The position numbers and the translations under genes were made by a program. This document shows, piece by piece, positions 63,689 through 64,000 of a DNA stretch of 64,000 bases (position 1 is the stretch's first letter; every line of letters starts with the position of its first letter). Under the pieces are notes generated by a model. The model was not told where the DNA came from, ran no database searches, and saw only the letters and a program-made list of their open reading frames with translations. The DNA comes from Lobosporangium transversale (taxonomy: Eukaryota). The stretch spans positions 620,001 to 684,000 of the forward strand of contig NW_019028992.1 in NCBI RefSeq assembly GCF_002105155.1, read 5' to 3'.

Positions 63689-64000
63689 TTACAGTGTTGA
63701 GAACAAGAGAGGACGATCGAAAGTGGATTCAAGCAACTGTTCATCAAGTTCGGTGAGGTTGGTTCCAATTTGAAGACTATTCCGTTTCTGTTCGTTCTCC
63801 AACTCCTTCTGTATCACCTCTAAGGCCTGCAACTTTTGAGCCATTGTATCTTGTAATTCTTTCTCAGCCATTACCCGAATCAATCCAACCTGTTGTTCGA
63901 CATGTTGCTTGATATCTACCAACTGCGTGAGGACTTCCTTGGTTTGACGATAAAAGATCTCGCGATTGTGAGCTGCATGTCGCTCAATCATGATCGTCTC
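63689..64000 (-). CDS. Coiled-coil ORF, probably running in from beyond the window edge; function unknown
   Basis: At least 100 codons open with heptad-like E/Q/L composition. Confidence 0.35.
   Translation of the reverse strand, partial: ETIMIERHAAHNREIFYRQTKEVLTQLVDIKQHVEQQVGLIRVMAEKELQDTMAQKLQALEVIQKELENEQKRNSLQIGTNLTELDEQLLESTFDRPLLFSTL

Overview
Eukaryotic, intron-rich fungal DNA. Gene content, GT-AG introns and very long A/T homopolymers point to an early-diverging fungus, probably Mortierellaceae (inference). 1-12 kb is gene-sparse and holds a small secreted 8-Cys protein, a secreted GH18 chitinase with a C-terminal CBM5/12-type module, and a Tc1/mariner-type MITE. 13-51 kb is a core block: TIM8 (with an altered twin-CX3C motif), a BRD7/BRD9/Rsc58-like protein ending in a GATA finger, a NELF-A homologue, an attractin/MEGF8-like CUB-EGF-Kelch-PSI membrane protein, a PMC1-type Ca2+-ATPase, an MFS transporter, an Mbp1/Res-type APSES-ankyrin factor with MCB-like boxes upstream, a BAR-SH3 protein, and a 50-aa IF1-like microprotein missing from the ORF track. 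53-64 kb is a nest of mobile DNA: a TTCGAA-rich TIR element, a frameshifted PD-(D/E)xK-like gene, gag fragments, two Tc1 families (one with DD39E spacing) and three successive inverted duplications. The largest (about 1.2-kb arms) carries two convergent copies of an orphan gene with identical 5' halves and diverged 3' halves. All homology calls are by-eye motif recognition from memory; no searches were run.
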